Shown here piece after piece: positions 1 to 10,521 of a stretch of DNA of 64,000 nt. A program made the translations under genes and the position numbers. The first letter of the stretch is position 1. Each line of letters opens with the position of its first letter. The DNA lies in NCBI GenBank assembly GCA_963456245.1, contig CAUOKV010000002.1:55731-119730 (forward strand), written 5' to 3'. The notes beneath the pieces are model-generated. The model did not search any database. It saw nothing but the letters and a program-made list of their open reading frames with translations, and was not told where the DNA came from. The DNA is from an uncultured Candidatus Saccharibacteria bacterium (GTDB taxonomy: Bacteria; Patescibacteriota; Saccharimonadia; Saccharimonadales; Saccharimonadaceae).

Positions 1-906
1 GAAGGCGACCTCGAGACTATTTAGTCCGCCCGGGGCGGTATACTGAACAACCGGAGTAATCTTGTATCTCTCCTGGGTCACGACAAAGATAGAGGCGATC
101 AGCGTGATGACGCTGACGACGATCGGTATGACGAAGACATACTTAGCTAAGAATACTTTCAAAGGATCTTCCTTAAAATAGCCCTGCGGCAACTCCAGCC
201 GGATAGTTAGCGCCTGCTCGGCAGCCAGCGGAGCGGTAGTGTGACCGGTAATCTCCTTACCTTTGACACTATACTCGACGATATCGCTGCCGCTACGCAT
301 GCCATAAGCACCGGTCGAAAAGCCCGGCTTACCGTTGAACTCCTCGGGCATGGTGATATGGAAATCAACCTTAGTGATGCCGGTGTTCCAGCCGGCGCCG
401 ATGATATTAAAGTAGAACTCGTCAGCCCGGCTTAGCTGGTCGGTGCCGAGATCATAGTCGTAGCTGAGACGATAGGTCTCGTTGGTCTTGGCATAGGCGC
501 TAGGGTCACCTATCTTGATGTTGGTGAAGTTGCTGCTCTCGCCGGTGGTGAAACGGTGGCTTAGCACCTTGAGATTGCTGATCTTGGCATTGACGGTCGA
601 CTTAGATCCGTCCATCCTGGCGACGTAGTTGACCTTGGCCAGGCTACGGACGATGCCGTGACGCTGTTGGTGAAAAGTGGCTTTGATCGTTTCCTCGATG
701 TGGAGCTGATTAAACTGATTGACCGTGATATCAACATCGTAGTTATCGATAGTGTACGCCGGAGCAGCGGCTGAAGTCCGGCTGCTGCTCGAGCCACTCG
801 TATCCGGGGTCCCGGTGGCGCCGGCCGGGCTAGCCATGGTCACGATAGACGCTATCGTGAGAACGATGATTAGGCTAAATAACTTTATTCGTCGCAACAA
901 TCTCAT
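1..906 (-). CDS. DUF2207-family membrane protein, paralog A (3' part beyond window start)
   Basis: Not in ORF track; read manually: ATG at 906 with GGAGG RBS, MRLLRRIKLFSLIIVL...YTIDNYDVDITVNQFNQLHIEETI...DEFYFNIIGAGWNT...LTIRLELPQGYF...TPVVQYTAPGGLNSLEVAF, colinear with paralogs B and C. Confidence 0.85.
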   Translation of the reverse strand, partial: MRLLRRIKLFSLIIVLTIASIVTMASPAGATGTPDTSGSSSSRTSAAAPAYTIDNYDVDITVNQFNQLHIEETIKATFHQQRHGIVRSLAKVNYVARMDGSKSTVNAKISNLKVLSHRFTTGESSNFTNIKIGDPSAYAKTNETYRLSYDYDLGTDQLSRADEFYFNIIGAGWNTGITKVDFHITMPEEFNGKPGFSTGAYGMRSGSDIVEYSVKGKEITGHTTAPLAAEQALTIRLELPQGYFKEDPLKVFLAKYVFVIPIVVSVITLIASIFVVTQERYKITPVVQYTAPGGLNSLEVAF

Positions 907-951
907 GCTCTCCTCCTTAAGGTCATTCTACGCTTAGCTGACCGGATCTGC

Positions 952-3066
952 CTACCAGTCGCTGCCTCCGCCACCGCCTGAGCCGCCACCCGAGAAGCCA
1001 CCGCCGCCCGAGCCATCGCTCAAGGAGTCTGTCATCAGATTTATCACGGAGGAGAAGCCGCTGAAGCTGGCCGACATTCCGGCTAACCCCTCAGTGACGA
1101 AGCTTGCCATGATGCCGTAGCTGAAGGCTTCGCTTGAGCTGTACCAATCAGCCGGCTGGAGAGCTATACCTTCAAACTTATCGACCCATTTCTTATGTAC
1201 GTCCAGGACGTAGGCGTAAGGGATGATGTCATAAAAGAGGGTCGGCGTCTCGGCTAGGAGCGCCTCCAGGCGAGGCTTATCGACCGTCTCGATGAACTCC
1301 TTAAAGCCCATGATCTCGCCTTTGACCCGGTAGCCGTCCTCAGTCCTGGTGATGACATCTCGGGTGATATAGGCACCGATCATGATAAAGATTGATGATA
1401 TGCCGGTGACTATAGCTGTCGGATATCGGAAGTATAATGCCTGTAAGACGACAGCAGGGGTGATGGCGACGATGATGCATAATACCTTGGTAAATACCGG
1501 GCTGAACTGCTTAGTAGTTGGCTGCAATACGAAGAACAGGGGGAAGACTGTGAAGGCGATAATAAAAGCCATGCTACCCAGTGCTTCGCTGGGGTTTTGC
1601 TCCAGTAAGGTGGCTAAGCCGGCACAAATCAGCAGGATGGCGATGGTGGCCCATTGGATCACCTTGAGGATAGTCTTGACTCGGTTGTGCTTCTCGAAAT
1701 ACTTGGTTTTCAGCCGACCTCGACTGATGGTCAGAATCGCAGCAGATACGGTCTTATAGAACTCCCCTTCCAGCTCCGCCTTAGCTACCTTGTTAGGGTG
1801 GTCATTATTAAACAATCCATTCATAAAGATCCGCTCCGACTCATTTTTACCATCATAATCTTTCAGCTTAGTCAGAGTGAAGTTTTCACCATCAATATCA
1901 ATCGTCAGATAGCCTTTATTGGCCAAGTAGACTACCATTGAGGCGGCGCTCCTGTGAGGAATGGTATTGTCGTTAGCAAAGACAAGCTCGAGGCTATTCA
2001 GCCCGTCGGGGGCAGTGTATTGGACGACCGGAGTGGACTTGCTCTTTTCCTTCCTCAGAATCATGATCGAAAGCGCTAGGGCAATGATGCCGGCGATCAC
2101 CGGCACGACGAAGACGAGCCTGGCTATCGTCGTCTTGACCGGATCCAGCTTGAAATAGCCCTGCGGCAATTCCAGCCGGATGGTCAGCGCCTCGCCGGCG
2201 AGTAGCCTGCCGGTGGTATAGCCGGTGATTACCCGACCGTTGACATTGTATTTGACGATGTCACTGCCGCTACGTTCGCCGTAAGAGCCGGTCGAGAAGC
2301 CGGGTTCCCCGCTGAACTTTTCGGGCATAGTGATGCGGAAGGTAGTTTTCTTGATATTGGTATTCCAGCCGGTACCGATGATATTAAAGTAAAACTCATC
2401 GCTGCTGCTGAGCGGATCAGTCCCCAGATCGTAGTCGTAGCTGAGGCGATAGGTCTCGTGACGCTTGGCATAGGTAAGAGAACTACCAAGCTTGATGGAG
2501 GTGCTGTCGCCACCTTCCCGAACAGCGGAGCTGTGGCTGGATACTCTGACATTACTAATGATGGCGTAGACGGTTGATTTCGAGCCATCAACTCTGGTTA
2601 CGTGGTTAACCTTGTTGATAGTGCGAATGATGCCATGGCGATACTTATTGAAGGTGGCCTTGATCGTCTCCTCGATATGGAGCTTGTTGTATTTATCTAC
2701 CGTAGCCTTGACGTCGTAAGCATCGATGACGTAAGGATCGACATCGCTTGACTCGTCGTCGGATATCTCGTCATCAGGTGCCTTAGCGTCGCTACGGCTG
2801 GTGGTCGGCTGAGCCGGCTCGACTGACGACTGATCGGAAGTCGGGGTGCCGGGAGTGGTCGTATGGGTCGTATGATCCGCCGGTGAATAGGACGATGAGC
2901 TGGATGAATCAGGCGAACCGGGGCCAGTCTGTTGGTGCTGCCCACTAGCGGGCCGGCTCACTATGCTATTGGCGCTAGCCGGACTGGGCGTGATAACGGT
3001 AGTCGCTATCGCCAGAGCGAGCACCAAGATTAGTGTAGTGATTCGTCGTAGTAGTCTCATCTTCAT
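952..3066 (-). CDS. DUF2207-family membrane protein, paralog B
   Basis: Start at MKMRLLRR; signal peptide, Ser/Thr/Pro linker, EFYFNIIGTGW, TM block, LFYDIIPYAYVL, Gly-rich tail GGGFSGGGSGGGGGSDW. Confidence 0.85.
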   Translation of the reverse strand: MKMRLLRRITTLILVLALAIATTVITPSPASANSIVSRPASGQHQQTGPGSPDSSSSSSYSPADHTTHTTTPGTPTSDQSSVEPAQPTTSRSDAKAPDDEISDDESSDVDPYVIDAYDVKATVDKYNKLHIEETIKATFNKYRHGIIRTINKVNHVTRVDGSKSTVYAIISNVRVSSHSSAVREGGDSTSIKLGSSLTYAKRHETYRLSYDYDLGTDPLSSSDEFYFNIIGTGWNTNIKKTTFRITMPEKFSGEPGFSTGSYGERSGSDIVKYNVNGRVITGYTTGRLLAGEALTIRLELPQGYFKLDPVKTTIARLVFVVPVIAGIIALALSIMILRKEKSKSTPVVQYTAPDGLNSLELVFANDNTIPHRSAASMVVYLANKGYLTIDIDGENFTLTKLKDYDGKNESERIFMNGLFNNDHPNKVAKAELEGEFYKTVSAAILTISRGRLKTKYFEKHNRVKTILKVIQWATIAILLICAGLATLLEQNPSEALGSMAFIIAFTVFPLFFVLQPTTKQFSPVFTKVLCIIVAITPAVVLQALYFRYPTAIVTGISSIFIMIGAYITRDVITRTEDGYRVKGEIMGFKEFIETVDKPRLEALLAETPTLFYDIIPYAYVLDVHKKWVDKFEGIALQPADWYSSSEAFSYGIMASFVTEGLAGMSASFSGFSSVINLMTDSLSDGSGGGGFSGGGSGGGGGSDW

Positions 3067-3109
3067 TCCCTCATGTTTTATTTTAAGCGTTAGATCGGCC
3101 GGAGTGACT

Positions 3110-5170
3110 TTACCAGCTACCACCGCCTCCTCCACCGACGCCACCGCCGGCAAAACCGCCGCCACCGCCGATGGCGGCGCCACCGGAGGGGGTAGCCCCC
3201 ATGCTGGTAGCCAGGGCGGGCATACCATGATCCATAAAGCTGACTATGCTGGCGTAATTGTACGCTCCGGCTACATCGCACCAGTCGGCAGGCTGGACGG
3301 CGATACCCTCGAATTGGCTGACCCAAGCCTTGGAGACACCCAGAGCGTAGGCGTACGGCAGGATGTGGTAGAAGAGCTGTGGATCCTGCTCGACCATTGC
3401 CTCGATGCGTGGCTTGTCGACCGTCTCGATAAACTCCTTAAAGCCCATGATCTCGCCTTTCAGCTTGTAGCCTGCCTCGGTGCGGTGATAGACCGGGCTA
3501 GCGATCGCACTGGCGATGGTGATCAAGCTGGCTGAGATAGCGCAGCAGACCATCAGCGGGACGCTATTGAAATAGTCACGCCACAAGAAGACGGAAGCAT
3601 TGACGAATACGAGCGCCAGTATAGTCACTCCGACAGCCGACCACTTCTTGCCGTTGTTGACCGTTGCGATACTGCTGAAGATGATGGCGGATATGACGAA
3701 GAGGCTTGAATAGAGCATATTCTCCTCGACTACGCCAACCGCAGCGATCACCCCCAGCAGGGCGCCGATGAGAAGGGCGATGAAAGCACAGATCTTAACG
3801 ATCAGCAATTTAGCCCGCAGCGGGTCTTTCTCGCCGAAATAGCGCTTCTTGACTTCGCTATCCTTACTAGCGCTGATAATGGCGTTGACGGTGGTGTAAA
3901 ACTGATTGCTCAGCTGCTTGCTGGTGACACTGTCGGGATGCTTGCTGTTAAACAGCCCCGCCATGAACTCCTTTTCCGCCTCATTTTTACCATCATAATC
4001 CTTGAGCTTGGTCAGCGTGAAGTTACGCTTTGCCTTCTTATCCTTGGTGCTGATCTTGATATAGCCTTTATCGGCCAGGTAAATCAGGAGCGAGACAACA
4101 TCCTGACTGATGTTAACGCCTCGGTCAACTAAGGCCACCTCGAGACTGTTCAGTCCGGCCGGCGGCTCGTACTGCACCACCGGTGTGACCTTGTAGCGCT
4201 CCTGGCGACGCTTAATGATAGCGATGATGAAGTAAGCTGTGCCGACCAGCACCATCAGAATCATGCCGATTACCCCCAGGGCATCTCGGCTATGATCAAT
4301 CTCGAAATAGCCCTCCGGCAAGGTTAGTCGGATGGTCAAAGCTTCTTTCGGATTGAGCGCCTCAGTCGTCTCACCGATAATGCTATCACCCGAGATGGCG
4401 TACCTGCCGATATTGGTGCCCGAACTACCGTAATGTCCTGACGAAAAGCCGGGCTTACTGTCAAAACTCTTGGGCAGGGTGATCTCGAAGGTGACGTGCT
4501 GAATCACGGTCTCCCAGTTAGTGCCGATGATATTAAAGTAGAGCTCGTCGGCATTCTCAAGAGTGTCATGACCGATATCGTAATCGTAGCTAATCCGGTA
4601 GGTCTCGTGCTTGTCGGCGTTGCGGTGACTATCGCCGAGGCGAAGCTTGGTCAGACCGCCTGATCGCTTAGTCTCGAATTGATGTGATGGTACTCGGAGG
4701 TTAGTGACGATGGCGTTGATTCGGGAGACTGAGCCGTCGGATCGCCGTATATAGTTGACATTCTGGATACTGCGAAAGATGCCGTGGCGTGGCTGGTTAA
4801 AAGTGACCTCGATGGTTTCGTCGATATGGTACTTATTATACCTATTGACGCTGACCTTGACGTCGTAGTTATTGATGACGTAGGGGTATCTGAGCAGAGT
4901 CGGGTCGTCTTGGCGGGTGCCGGAGCTGGCGGAGGTGCCACTATCGGAGCTAAGGTTGCCGGAGCGGCTACCGGCGCCGGCAGAGCTGTCGCCTTCTTGT
5001 CCGGCCGAGACGCTGCTTTGGCTGTTTGCCCGCTCAATAGCCCGGTTAATCTGACTGTCCAGATTGTCGGCGGGAGCGGCCTGGGCTATCAGTCCGGTCG
5101 AAGATAAAATGAGTGCTAAGACGACGACTGACCTGACTATCGTTCCTAAGATCTTGCGGACTTTTCTCAT
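3110..5170 (-). CDS. DUF2207-family membrane protein, paralog C
   Basis: Start MRKVRK after GGAGG; same motifs (ELYFNIIGTNW, LFYHILPYAYALG, GGGGGSW tail). Confidence 0.85.
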   Translation of the reverse strand: MRKVRKILGTIVRSVVVLALILSSTGLIAQAAPADNLDSQINRAIERANSQSSVSAGQEGDSSAGAGSRSGNLSSDSGTSASSGTRQDDPTLLRYPYVINNYDVKVSVNRYNKYHIDETIEVTFNQPRHGIFRSIQNVNYIRRSDGSVSRINAIVTNLRVPSHQFETKRSGGLTKLRLGDSHRNADKHETYRISYDYDIGHDTLENADELYFNIIGTNWETVIQHVTFEITLPKSFDSKPGFSSGHYGSSGTNIGRYAISGDSIIGETTEALNPKEALTIRLTLPEGYFEIDHSRDALGVIGMILMVLVGTAYFIIAIIKRRQERYKVTPVVQYEPPAGLNSLEVALVDRGVNISQDVVSLLIYLADKGYIKISTKDKKAKRNFTLTKLKDYDGKNEAEKEFMAGLFNSKHPDSVTSKQLSNQFYTTVNAIISASKDSEVKKRYFGEKDPLRAKLLIVKICAFIALLIGALLGVIAAVGVVEENMLYSSLFVISAIIFSSIATVNNGKKWSAVGVTILALVFVNASVFLWRDYFNSVPLMVCCAISASLITIASAIASPVYHRTEAGYKLKGEIMGFKEFIETVDKPRIEAMVEQDPQLFYHILPYAYALGVSKAWVSQFEGIAVQPADWCDVAGAYNYASIVSFMDHGMPALATSMGATPSGGAAIGGGGGFAGGGVGGGGGGSW

Positions 5171-5180
5171 CTTCCCTCCT

Positions 5181-6581
5181 TCATAGTGTCTTGCGCTTAT
5201 TACCGGACTTCTTATCAATAACCAGTTTACCATTAGCCAGGCGTTCTCGGTTAGCTTTGATCTGCTTCTCATCTCGGAAGCTGAACTTGATGGCGGTGCC
5301 GTTAAAGCCGAAGCTCTCTCGCCAGCAATTCTCCAGATAGCGCTTGTACGACCAGTGAATAAACTTAAGGTTGCTGCCGTAAATGACAAACCAAGGCGGA
5401 TTCACGTCGGTTTGGACGGCGTAGCGCAGGCGGGGATGAGTGTTTTTCAGTCCTGCCGGCTTGTGCTTGGCGATGGCTCGGTGCAGGCAGTCGTTAAGCT
5501 GACCGGTCGGGACGGTGCGCCGACGCTCGGCATCAATAGACAGGATCAGATCATAGATCTTAGCTACATTTTGTCCGGTCGTCGACGAGGTAAAGATGAG
5601 CGGTGCCCATGAGGCAAAATCAAAAGTGCGACTGATGCCGGGGGCTAGAGCATCTCTAGTGTAGGCATCTTTATGGGTGACAGAGTCCCATTTACTGACG
5701 ACTATCACTAGACCCTTGCCGGCGTCGATAATCTGCCCGGCTAACCTGGCGTCAAGCGAGGTGTTAAGCTCATTTACGTCCATCAGCAGCAGGCAAATAT
5801 CTGCCTCTTCAATGGCACTAGCGGTGCGGAGGACACTGAACTGCTCAATCCCCTGCTCTACCTTGCCTTTGCGCCGTACTCCGGCGGTATCAAGCAGCTC
5901 AATGGTTTTACCGTGGTAGTGTACCTCGACCCGGTTGATATCCCTCGTGGTGCCGGCGACATTAGCGACGACCGCCTGCTGTTTGCCGGCTAGAGTGTTA
6001 AAGAGATATGACTTGCCGGCGTTAGGGCGACCGATCAGGGCAACCTTAATTTGCTCATTGACTGCTTTAGTGTGGACATGAGGAATATGGCTGATGATAA
6101 AGCGTTCCAGCCGGTCGATATGCCGGTTATGCTCGGCGCTCACCGGGATAATGTCTTTGATGCCGAGACAGAGATAATTCTCCGGAGGGAAATGCTCGGC
6201 GATGTCGATCTTATTGGGGACCAGCACCACCGGCTTAGTCGAACGCAGGATCTGCTTAGCCAGCTTACGATCATCGGCAGTGGCATCCTCGGTCGAGTCC
6301 TTGATCAGTAGGATTAGGTCAGCCGAGGCGATAGCGTCAGCTACTTGGTCTTGGATACTTGCCTCGAAATCATCAGCGGGGTCATCTTTCAGTCCGGCAG
6401 TATCGACCAAGATGAAAGACCCCTGCGGCCGGTCAACCCGGCGGTAAATTGAGTCACGAGTAGTACCGGCTTCTCGAGCCACTACAGCATCACGTCGACC
6501 AATCAGTCGGTTAAATAGCGACGACTTGCCGGCATTGGTTCGCCCCACCAGGGCGACGATTGGCAACTTACGACCAGACAT
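5181..6581 (-). CDS. der: Ribosome biogenesis GTPase Der (EngA)
   Basis: Two tandem G domains (GRTNAGKS/DTAG/NKID and GRPNAGKS/DTAG/SKWD) plus C-terminal KH-like domain (SYKRYLEN). Confidence 0.97.
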   Translation of the reverse strand: MSGRKLPIVALVGRTNAGKSSLFNRLIGRRDAVVAREAGTTRDSIYRRVDRPQGSFILVDTAGLKDDPADDFEASIQDQVADAIASADLILLIKDSTEDATADDRKLAKQILRSTKPVVLVPNKIDIAEHFPPENYLCLGIKDIIPVSAEHNRHIDRLERFIISHIPHVHTKAVNEQIKVALIGRPNAGKSYLFNTLAGKQQAVVANVAGTTRDINRVEVHYHGKTIELLDTAGVRRKGKVEQGIEQFSVLRTASAIEEADICLLLMDVNELNTSLDARLAGQIIDAGKGLVIVVSKWDSVTHKDAYTRDALAPGISRTFDFASWAPLIFTSSTTGQNVAKIYDLILSIDAERRRTVPTGQLNDCLHRAIAKHKPAGLKNTHPRLRYAVQTDVNPPWFVIYGSNLKFIHWSYKRYLENCWRESFGFNGTAIKFSFRDEKQIKANRERLANGKLVIDKKSGNKRKTL

Positions 6582-6642
6582 ATACTTAATTTTATCACGG
6601 GGTGGCTCTTCAGCTAAGGATCAGGCTTGGGCACTCCTACAG

Positions 6643-8064
6643 CTAGAGACTCTTAACGATACTGCGGAGCTGATTGCTATCCATCAGGTCGCTACCGTCG
6701 ATGGTGTAGCGCATATCGCCGGCCAACCAAGTGGCTTTATTGCCATAGAGCAGGACTGTCTTGCCGTTGACATCCATCTCTTGGTAGCTGCCGCCGTTCT
6801 GACGAGAGACATTGAGGCGCAAGGCGTAATCGGTGGTTGACTTATCACTTTCCTGGGTCACCGAATAGCCGCCATTGCCGCTGGCACTCTTGTAGCTGAT
6901 GGTTACTTTGCCGGGCTGAGCAGCGATGTTGTTATCCAGGCTATAGCCGCTCAGAGCGTAGGGGTTCTTAGCGTTGATGCCGGCTCGACCGGCTGCCAGC
7001 TTGACGGATATGGTCGGCAAGGAGATGTAGACACCCAGCCCGACGATGATTGCCATCGCCCCGGCCGTCGCCATGATGGTCGAGAAGCGGAAACGATGCT
7101 TCTTTGGCTGGCCGAGGCGACGCTTGGCTACAGTCCGATCTTGTTGATCCAGCTCGTTGCTGGCCTGGAGAATCTTAGTTAACTGGTCGATTCGATCATC
7201 CATCAGGTCGTCATAGTCGGTTGGAGCTAACTTGCTGAGATTAAGTGCCGATTGGTCGTCGGTAGCACTCTCGCCTTTAGTATCTTTGGGAGTGGTAGTA
7301 CTCGGAACCGGCTGACTACTATGGCTACTCTTCTTAGTGAGTGCCTTTAGGTTGGTCGCCTGACTCTTGGTCAAGACGGGGGTGAAGTCGCTCTCGGTGG
7401 TAGCGATCACTTCGTCAATAGTCTCGTCGGGGATATCGTTGACCGACCTGGCTGACTCAATGATGGCACTGGCTTTGACCTGCTTGATGTGTCGTACGGC
7501 GATCGACTCGGCGTACTCGCCTGTCTCCCGCAGAGGCTTCCTGACAAAACGACGGTTCAGAGTGCGGGAGGCCTGGATAATTCGTCGGGCGGACTTGAGC
7601 CGGAGCGGCGAATGCACCACGGCGGGGCTGACGGCGGTAACTACCTGCTCCGCCTTCTCCATCTCCACCTGCTCTGCCCTGCTGTCGGCATCCTCATCAT
7701 CAGTCGGCGTGAATAGCTCTACATAATCAGCCAAGCGGTCGCTTACCTGCTCGGCACTGTCCGGCTCAGAAGCTTTAGTGGTGTCGGGCTGAGCCTTAAC
7801 TTGACGGACGGCGATGGCCTCGCCGGCGTCACTCTCTACTTGACTATCTTCGTTGCTACCGTCAATGTAGCTACCAACCCAGACCGGCGGAGTGTCATCT
7901 ACCTTAGGTTTAACCTGACTTACCCGATCTGCTTTATTAGTTCGGTCCGTTCGGTTCAGTCGGTCAGTCTCGGATGAAGCTAGCTCCAGCTCGTCTCTCC
8001 GATCAGATAGCATCAGCCCCGTAACCGAGTCGTAGCGCTTGCCATTAATAATTACTATCCCCAT
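6643..8064 (-). CDS. Membrane-anchored hypothetical protein (long disordered N-terminus, one TM, C-terminal DUF4367-like domain)
   Basis: Start MGIVIINGKRYDSVTG; TM near FSTIMATAGAMAIIVGLGVY; C-terminal YTIDGSDLMDSNQLRSIVKSL. Confidence 0.65.
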   Translation of the reverse strand: MGIVIINGKRYDSVTGLMLSDRRDELELASSETDRLNRTDRTNKADRVSQVKPKVDDTPPVWVGSYIDGSNEDSQVESDAGEAIAVRQVKAQPDTTKASEPDSAEQVSDRLADYVELFTPTDDEDADSRAEQVEMEKAEQVVTAVSPAVVHSPLRLKSARRIIQASRTLNRRFVRKPLRETGEYAESIAVRHIKQVKASAIIESARSVNDIPDETIDEVIATTESDFTPVLTKSQATNLKALTKKSSHSSQPVPSTTTPKDTKGESATDDQSALNLSKLAPTDYDDLMDDRIDQLTKILQASNELDQQDRTVAKRRLGQPKKHRFRFSTIMATAGAMAIIVGLGVYISLPTISVKLAAGRAGINAKNPYALSGYSLDNNIAAQPGKVTISYKSASGNGGYSVTQESDKSTTDYALRLNVSRQNGGSYQEMDVNGKTVLLYGNKATWLAGDMRYTIDGSDLMDSNQLRSIVKSL

Positions 8065-8161
8065 ATCCCTCTCTTTCCTAACATGTATCTTACCGATTAT
8101 GGCTATAAAGTTCAAGTGCCTTGTTGACAGGCGTGAGCATAAAGGGTAACTAGTCAGCTAG

Positions 8162-8851
8162 TTATAATACTTTTAGCTTAAATCCGGCGTATGTACCATC
8201 CTGCTTATATGCTTCCTCACCAAGAAACGCCGGGATGGCTTGTAGGGTATCGTTGTAGACAAAGTTCTTAAGATCGGTAATATTTTTCTCTTCCTCGGGC
8301 ATAATCTTCCCTGCCATTTTGTAGAAAGTTCGTTTGACTTCCGCTGCTTTATTATCCAAGAACCTTGTTATATCGGCACATATTTGTCCATATAGGTCGT
8401 CGTTCAGATGTGAATTCGGTACTTCATAAGCCACAAAATTCGGTGCCACTGTAGTAATGTCGTTGAGCGGCTCAACTACCAGGATGTTCCCCGTGGCGCT
8501 GGCGCTGATGAAACTTTGTGCTACTTTGTTGTCCTTGTCTGCCGTTATCAATATATCCGGCTGCTCGGCGGTAGTTGTGTGAAAATCCAGCACCAGCTCC
8601 GGCTGCAACAGTCGAATGCGCTCCTCAATCATCTTTGCTCGATGTCCTTCGTAGGTATCCAGACCAAGTCCGTAGCTCCTATTCAAGTCTGATTCGGTAT
8701 ACCGTACATCTTTTACGTAGGCACGTGGATTAGCCACAACAAACTCCATATCCTCCAATAACTTAGACCGCTTAGTTAGCATATACACCAGTAAGTTTGG
8801 ACCTAGTAGCTCATTGCCGTGAGTGGAGATGATTGCAAGTATCTTTGTCAT
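8162..8851 (-). CDS. Succinylglutamate desuccinylase/aspartoacylase (M14-like) family protein
   Basis: THGNE, DLNR and LDFHTT zinc-carboxypeptidase motifs. Confidence 0.85.
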   Translation of the reverse strand: MTKILAIISTHGNELLGPNLLVYMLTKRSKLLEDMEFVVANPRAYVKDVRYTESDLNRSYGLGLDTYEGHRAKMIEERIRLLQPELVLDFHTTTAEQPDILITADKDNKVAQSFISASATGNILVVEPLNDITTVAPNFVAYEVPNSHLNDDLYGQICADITRFLDNKAAEVKRTFYKMAGKIMPEEEKNITDLKNFVYNDTLQAIPAFLGEEAYKQDGTYAGFKLKVL

Positions 8852-9029
8852 AACTAATCAACCTTTGCAGCTAGAACCAAAGCACTGCCCGGGTCAGAGA
8901 GTTTAGAGAACCTCCTCTCTCTGCTTAGGCTTATCTTACACCACGTGGCTTTGCCGTGCAATTCCTGTGGCTCGGGGTATCTCGGCTATTCACTTGACCA
9001 GCTATCAGGGCTAGCCTATATTGATAGCA

Positions 9030-10484
9030 GTGTCAAAGCAACCTCATTCTAATACACCCAGCACCATGCAGCGCAAGCAAGTGGCGATACGTTTCTTCAC
9101 CTACGGCGTAATGGCGATAGCTACTGTGGTCGGAGTGATCGTCTGTATCGGCTGGGCGATGGGCTATCGTTTTGACTTGATGTCAGGACAGCTGTCGCAA
9201 GTAGCGCTGCTGCAATTCAACACCTTTCCGACTGGTGCTGTAGTTGACATAAACGGTGCTAGCCTGTCTACCAGGACACCAACCCGCTCAAATATCAAGA
9301 CCGGGCAAACTAAAGTCTCGATGTCGCTGACCGGCTACCGAGGCTGGTCTAAAACGGTCTCGGCGCTACCCAGTAGCGTGCGCTGGCTGGACTATGCTCG
9401 ACTGGTGCCGCAAAATGTCAAGACCGAATCGGTCAAGACCTTTACTAACGTCGTTGATATGCTGCCGACACCTGATCGTAAATGGGCGGTAGTGCTGACC
9501 AACGAGTCGATGGGTGATGCCACTCTGGTCGACCTGGCTGATCCGAAACAGATCAAATTTAGCACTATCGAGCTTAGTAATTTACACTTAGCGACTGACG
9601 GCGAGAGCAAGTTTAAGATCGTTGAGTGGGACAAGGATTCTCGTTATCTGCTGGTCAAGCACCAGCTGGGCGACCGGACGGAGTATCTGGAGTACGACCG
9701 CCAAGATAAGATAACTCGCAATCTGTCGAGCGATTTTGGCTTGGAGCTGACCGAGCTGCATTTCTCTAATGCTGGGGGTGACGTGATCTACACCTTGACC
9801 GGGACGGATCTGCGCAAGATCAACTATGCCGATAAGTCCATCTCGGCACCAATGGCTACCGGTGTGACTGACTATGTCCTACTGGGTGACAGCGGGCGGA
9901 TTGTCTACCTGAGTAAGAAGGTGGATGATAGTAAGACCAGTCAAGTCATTTCGATTTATGACGACGGCAAGATCACCAAGCTCAGGACTTATGATGATGC
10001 TAAGACTACCCTGATTGGTTTCTTCCGCAATAATGATATTGATTACCTGGCGGTTGGTCGGGGTGAGATGGTCTCAGTCTACCCCGACCCGCTCAAGCGT
10101 CAGCGCCAGTCGCACGATTTTAATAAATCGGTAGCTTATCTGAGTAGCCCCGGTGGGATTGATTGGATGAAGGTAAATCCGACGGGACGGTTCGTCCTGG
10201 CCGGTAAAGGCAATAAGGTCGTCTGCTACGATGTCGAGACTACCGAGAACTACTCGTTCGAGCTGGCTCGTCGAGGCGAGCCGGTCTGGCTGGATGGTTA
10301 TCACCTGTTGGATGTTAAAAATGGCGTACTCAATATGGTTGAGTTTGACGGGCAGAATATCCAGCACCTGGTCAGTGGGCGCTTGCCCGCTTTCCTATCG
10401 GCTAATGAGAAATACCTGCTGAGCCTTGATAGCATCTCGGGCGGAGCGGTCTTGCAGCGTTCACAGATGGTTATCGACCAGTAG
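9030..10484 (+). CDS. PEGA-domain membrane-anchored protein with beta-propeller-like C-terminus
   Basis: N-terminal TM, PEGA-like PTGAVVDING...GYRGWSKTV; GTG start 7 nt after TTGACC-N17-TATATT. Confidence 0.7.
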   Translation: MSKQPHSNTPSTMQRKQVAIRFFTYGVMAIATVVGVIVCIGWAMGYRFDLMSGQLSQVALLQFNTFPTGAVVDINGASLSTRTPTRSNIKTGQTKVSMSLTGYRGWSKTVSALPSSVRWLDYARLVPQNVKTESVKTFTNVVDMLPTPDRKWAVVLTNESMGDATLVDLADPKQIKFSTIELSNLHLATDGESKFKIVEWDKDSRYLLVKHQLGDRTEYLEYDRQDKITRNLSSDFGLELTELHFSNAGGDVIYTLTGTDLRKINYADKSISAPMATGVTDYVLLGDSGRIVYLSKKVDDSKTSQVISIYDDGKITKLRTYDDAKTTLIGFFRNNDIDYLAVGRGEMVSVYPDPLKRQRQSHDFNKSVAYLSSPGGIDWMKVNPTGRFVLAGKGNKVVCYDVETTENYSFELARRGEPVWLDGYHLLDVKNGVLNMVEFDGQNIQHLVSGRLPAFLSANEKYLLSLDSISGGAVLQRSQMVIDQ

Positions 10485-10521
10485 TTGTTAAGCCCGAGAA
10501 ATAGTGCGGGTAAGGTGATAC

